From NCBI GenBank assembly GCA_041744215.1, contig JBGTLG010000007.1, forward strand, positions 1-18,302: a stretch of 18,302 nucleotides of DNA, given 5' to 3'. Origin of the DNA: Fimbriimonadales bacterium (GTDB lineage: Bacteria > Armatimonadota > Fimbriimonadia > Fimbriimonadales > ATM1). Positions 15,869 through 18,302 of this stretch are shown one piece after another. Below the pieces are notes generated by a model. It had not been told where the DNA came from and did no database searches. It saw only the letters and a program-made list of their open reading frames with translations. Each line of letters begins with the position of its first letter. Position 1 is the stretch's first letter. The position numbers and the translations under genes were made by a program.

Positions 15869-16957
15869 ATGAGATATCGATTGACGATCTCGTTCATGAC
15901 GCTTGTGTTGGCAACCCTCGCGAACAGTCAAACCGAGTACAAGGCGACCATCCTCCACCCTGACTGGCTCGGGGGTTCGACGTTCGCCCATGGCGCTGCG
16001 AACGGTGCTCAGGTCGGCATGCACTCGATCTTTGGAGCGGGAGGATTGATTTGGCGCGGAAGCCCTGAATCCGCCGTCTATGTCAGGCCGTTCAATTCGA
16101 CCGGCGCGGGCCTTACCGGAACGGACGGAACTCGTCACGCCGGTTTCGTCCAGTTCAGTCCTGTCGCCCACGCTGCGCTTTGGAGAAGCGACGACCCGGA
16201 AGATTACATCAATCTTCACGGCGGAGGATACGACAGCACGATCGCTTTCGGTATGGGTGGAGACGAGCAGGTCGGCCACGGAATCTACGACACTCCCGGG
16301 GGCAACGATTTCCATGCGGTCCTTTGGCGAGGAAGCGCGGAATCCATCGTCCATTTGCGCCCAGAAGGATCGAGTTGGTCAACCGCTCGTGCAGCGCATT
16401 CGGGAACCCAGATTGGAGCCGCGCTGGTACCGACGGCGCTGGCGGCTGCTTTGTGGCACGGAACCGCAGAATCGTTCGTAAACCTTAACCCCCCCGGCAT
16501 CACGAACGCGGAAGCGCTTGGCGTTCACGGCAATCAGCAAGTCGGGTGGATTGATCCTTCTGGTCCGACCCAGAGACGAGCGGCGCTGTGGCACGGCACG
16601 GCGGAATCGTTTAAAGATCTGAACCCCGATGGTTCGATTAGCTCTAGCCTCCAAGGGACGAACGGCACTTACCAAGTCGGCGCCTATGCCCTCAAGGGTA
16701 GTTTCGGGCGCGCAGCAAGGTGGGCTGGAACTGCAGAAAGCATGTTCGACCTCCATCAATACCTTCCTCCTGATCTGGTGGGCGGCATTTCGGTTGCATA
16801 CTTCATCGACGAAAGCGGAATAATCGTCGGCGAAGTCGAAAACGAATTGCGTACTCGCCGTTTCGCGGTAATGTGGACGCCCGTCCCCGAACCCGCGACA
16901 CTGAGCATCATAGCCTTCGGCCTTCTTGCGCTTACGCTTAGAAAACGGAGAAAGTGA
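15869..16957 (+). CDS. PEP-CTERM sorting-domain surface protein with seven ~43 aa repeats (copy 2, tandem paralog)
   Basis: Same architecture and an identical PEP-CTERM tail to copy 1. Start assigned by homology to copy 1. Confidence 0.9.
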   Translation: MRYRLTISFMTLVLATLANSQTEYKATILHPDWLGGSTFAHGAANGAQVGMHSIFGAGGLIWRGSPESAVYVRPFNSTGAGLTGTDGTRHAGFVQFSPVAHAALWRSDDPEDYINLHGGGYDSTIAFGMGGDEQVGHGIYDTPGGNDFHAVLWRGSAESIVHLRPEGSSWSTARAAHSGTQIGAALVPTALAAALWHGTAESFVNLNPPGITNAEALGVHGNQQVGWIDPSGPTQRRAALWHGTAESFKDLNPDGSISSSLQGTNGTYQVGAYALKGSFGRAARWAGTAESMFDLHQYLPPDLVGGISVAYFIDESGIIVGEVENELRTRRFAVMWTPVPEPATLSIIAFGLLALTLRKRRK

Positions 16958-17185
16958 AACGGCCGGGTGGCCGGAGCGAAACGATGCAAGAGAATGAAAG
17001 CGACTATCGGCAGAAACTTGCTTGGGGCCATGGGTGGTGGGCGAATTGCGACTCGCCCGATCGCCTCTGAACGGCACTTCGTACATGAACCGCCTTTCCC
17101 ACCACCCGTGAAACAACGACGTGATGCAAGTGACTGCAAAGAAAAGAAAAACATACAACACGCAACCTCAACCCGGCCACGCCCG

Positions 17186-17218
17186 CCGATGTGGCGGCTC
17201 GATGAGCCGCCACATCGG
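17186..17218. terminator. perfect GC-rich hairpin between convergent genes (terminator or REP-type palindrome)
   Basis: CCGATGTGGCGGCTC-GAT-GAGCCGCCACATCGG, 15 bp stem, 8 nt after the stop of the minus-strand gene. No U-tract immediately adjacent. Confidence 0.55.
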
Positions 17219-17226
17219 GTCCGGAG

Positions 17227-18300
17227 CTATTCAAGCACTCGCATGAGCGCCATGTCGATCCGGCCTCTCCAGCCGAAGGTGAACAGAGAGCCGGGGTCGA
17301 AGAACTTGATCCGGATTTGCGCGGCGTCGTTGCCGTCGAGGTATCGCGCCGGATCTCCCGGCGGCGTCAGGTAGAACGTACGGTCGGCCGTAGTCGTCAG
17401 CCTCGTGTCGAGGACGACCCACTGCGAACCAACATGATCGCGTATCTCTACGACCTGCGTCGCAGCAGGAATCGCGCTTGAGTTTGCCTCGACAACGATC
17501 GTCAACTCGGACGGATTCGAAACGCTGCTCTCGAACTCGATTTCGATGTTGACTGACGGTAGCCCAAGGCCAAGAGGTGTCGCCTCCCGCACCTCGTAGC
17601 GGTCACCGTCGTCCGTCTCAAGCGAAGCGAGGTTTCCTGTTTCGTGAATGCCGAAGAGCACGCTGACCGATGTTGCATTTTCAACGACGGCCTCATCGAA
17701 GAGGAGCGTCAGGTAGTCGTCTCCCGTATCCTCCGAACTGCCAGTGACTCTCACTGAGCCAGCAATCGTCATCGCCAACGCCCGCCCGAAGTCATCGCCC
17801 TCGATCTCGTGATCGAACCGATGCACCCAAACTTCGTCGCCGTCTTCGTTGTAGCGGATCGTCGCATAGTCGTAGCCAGTCCCATCGCCAACAGATCGAC
17901 CCGTCACGTATACACTCCCGCGACCTATGACCGCGATGGCGACCGCGACGTCCTCGCTGTTGCCAGGGCCGTTGTATCTCCGCGTCCCCGCCGGGTCGTT
18001 TCCGACCTGGGCCCAAGACAACGAGTAATCGCCCGAGTCAGCCTCGTACTTTATCGTCCCATAGTCGCGGACGGTTGTGTGTTGCGTGAACACGCCTGTC
18101 GCGTACACATGTAGCGGCGTACCGTCTGCCTCCGATTCAACTACGATGTCAAGACCTCTTGGCACCGACTCGTCAACGTGGGTCGGATGTGTGTCGAATG
18201 CGTCCGACCAAACAGGGCTGTCGCCGTCTTCGTCCCACTTGGCCGTAACGAATTGATAGTCGGGCGAGTCCGTCGACGAATAGCCCGTGGCGTAGACCCC
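17227..18300 (-). CDS. 5'-truncated secreted protein with SBBP-like beta-propeller repeats and a distinct C-terminal domain
   Basis: The frame stays open to the window edge (GVYATGYSSTDSPDYQFVTAKWDEDG...). Repeats of the form VYVTG.S......DY.TI.Y...G...W are followed by a ~160 aa non-repeat domain ending WRGRIDMALMRVLE. Confidence 0.85.
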   Translation of the reverse strand, partial: GVYATGYSSTDSPDYQFVTAKWDEDGDSPVWSDAFDTHPTHVDESVPRGLDIVVESEADGTPLHVYATGVFTQHTTVRDYGTIKYEADSGDYSLSWAQVGNDPAGTRRYNGPGNSEDVAVAIAVIGRGSVYVTGRSVGDGTGYDYATIRYNEDGDEVWVHRFDHEIEGDDFGRALAMTIAGSVRVTGSSEDTGDDYLTLLFDEAVVENATSVSVLFGIHETGNLASLETDDGDRYEVREATPLGLGLPSVNIEIEFESSVSNPSELTIVVEANSSAIPAATQVVEIRDHVGSQWVVLDTRLTTTADRTFYLTPPGDPARYLDGNDAAQIRIKFFDPGSLFTFGWRGRIDMALMRVLE

Positions 18301-18302
18301 GT

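Larger units (their letters stand above)
14726..16958 (+). repeat. tandem duplication of a ~1.12 kb gene unit
   Basis: Near-identical blocks at offsets 1122-1131: 14760-15118/15882-16240, 15337-15393/16459-16515 and 15722-15827/16853-16958. Confidence 0.92.

Noticed and set aside
14747..16957. Diversity-generating retroelement (TR/VR) explanation for the paralog pair
   Set aside because: Differences are not adenine-specific and include synonymous changes and indels. Both copies are full genes and there is no reverse transcriptase in the window.
14528..17161. Long minus-strand ORFs over the PEP-CTERM genes
   Set aside because: Antisense shadows that repeat only because the sense genes are duplicated.

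Overview
An 18.3 kb bacterial chromosomal window of moderately high GC. It probably comes from Armatimonadota (Fimbriimonadaceae-like); this is inferred from the style of the secreted proteins, not from a database search. The core block holds smc and the rpsO-pnp operon, a flavin reductase-like gene, a GT4 glycosyltransferase, an MgtC/SapB protein and an SLBB protein. The accessory regions hold the 3' end of a REP-associated (HUH/Y1) tyrosine transposase overlapped by a GTAG-footed REP-like hairpin, three lipoproteins and a secreted alpha/beta hydrolase. They also hold two tandem, mosaic PEP-CTERM repeat (beta-propeller) paralogs and a 5'-truncated SBBP-type repeat protein ending in a distinct ~160 aa C-terminal domain. 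The strongest leads are the RAYT/REP pair, the patchwork identity of the PEP-CTERM pair, the possible lineage-specific C-terminal sorting domain, the RGG/RD-rich PNPase tail, and structured non-coding regions around rpsO/pnp and the PEP-CTERM pair. No CRISPR array, rRNA or tRNA was seen.
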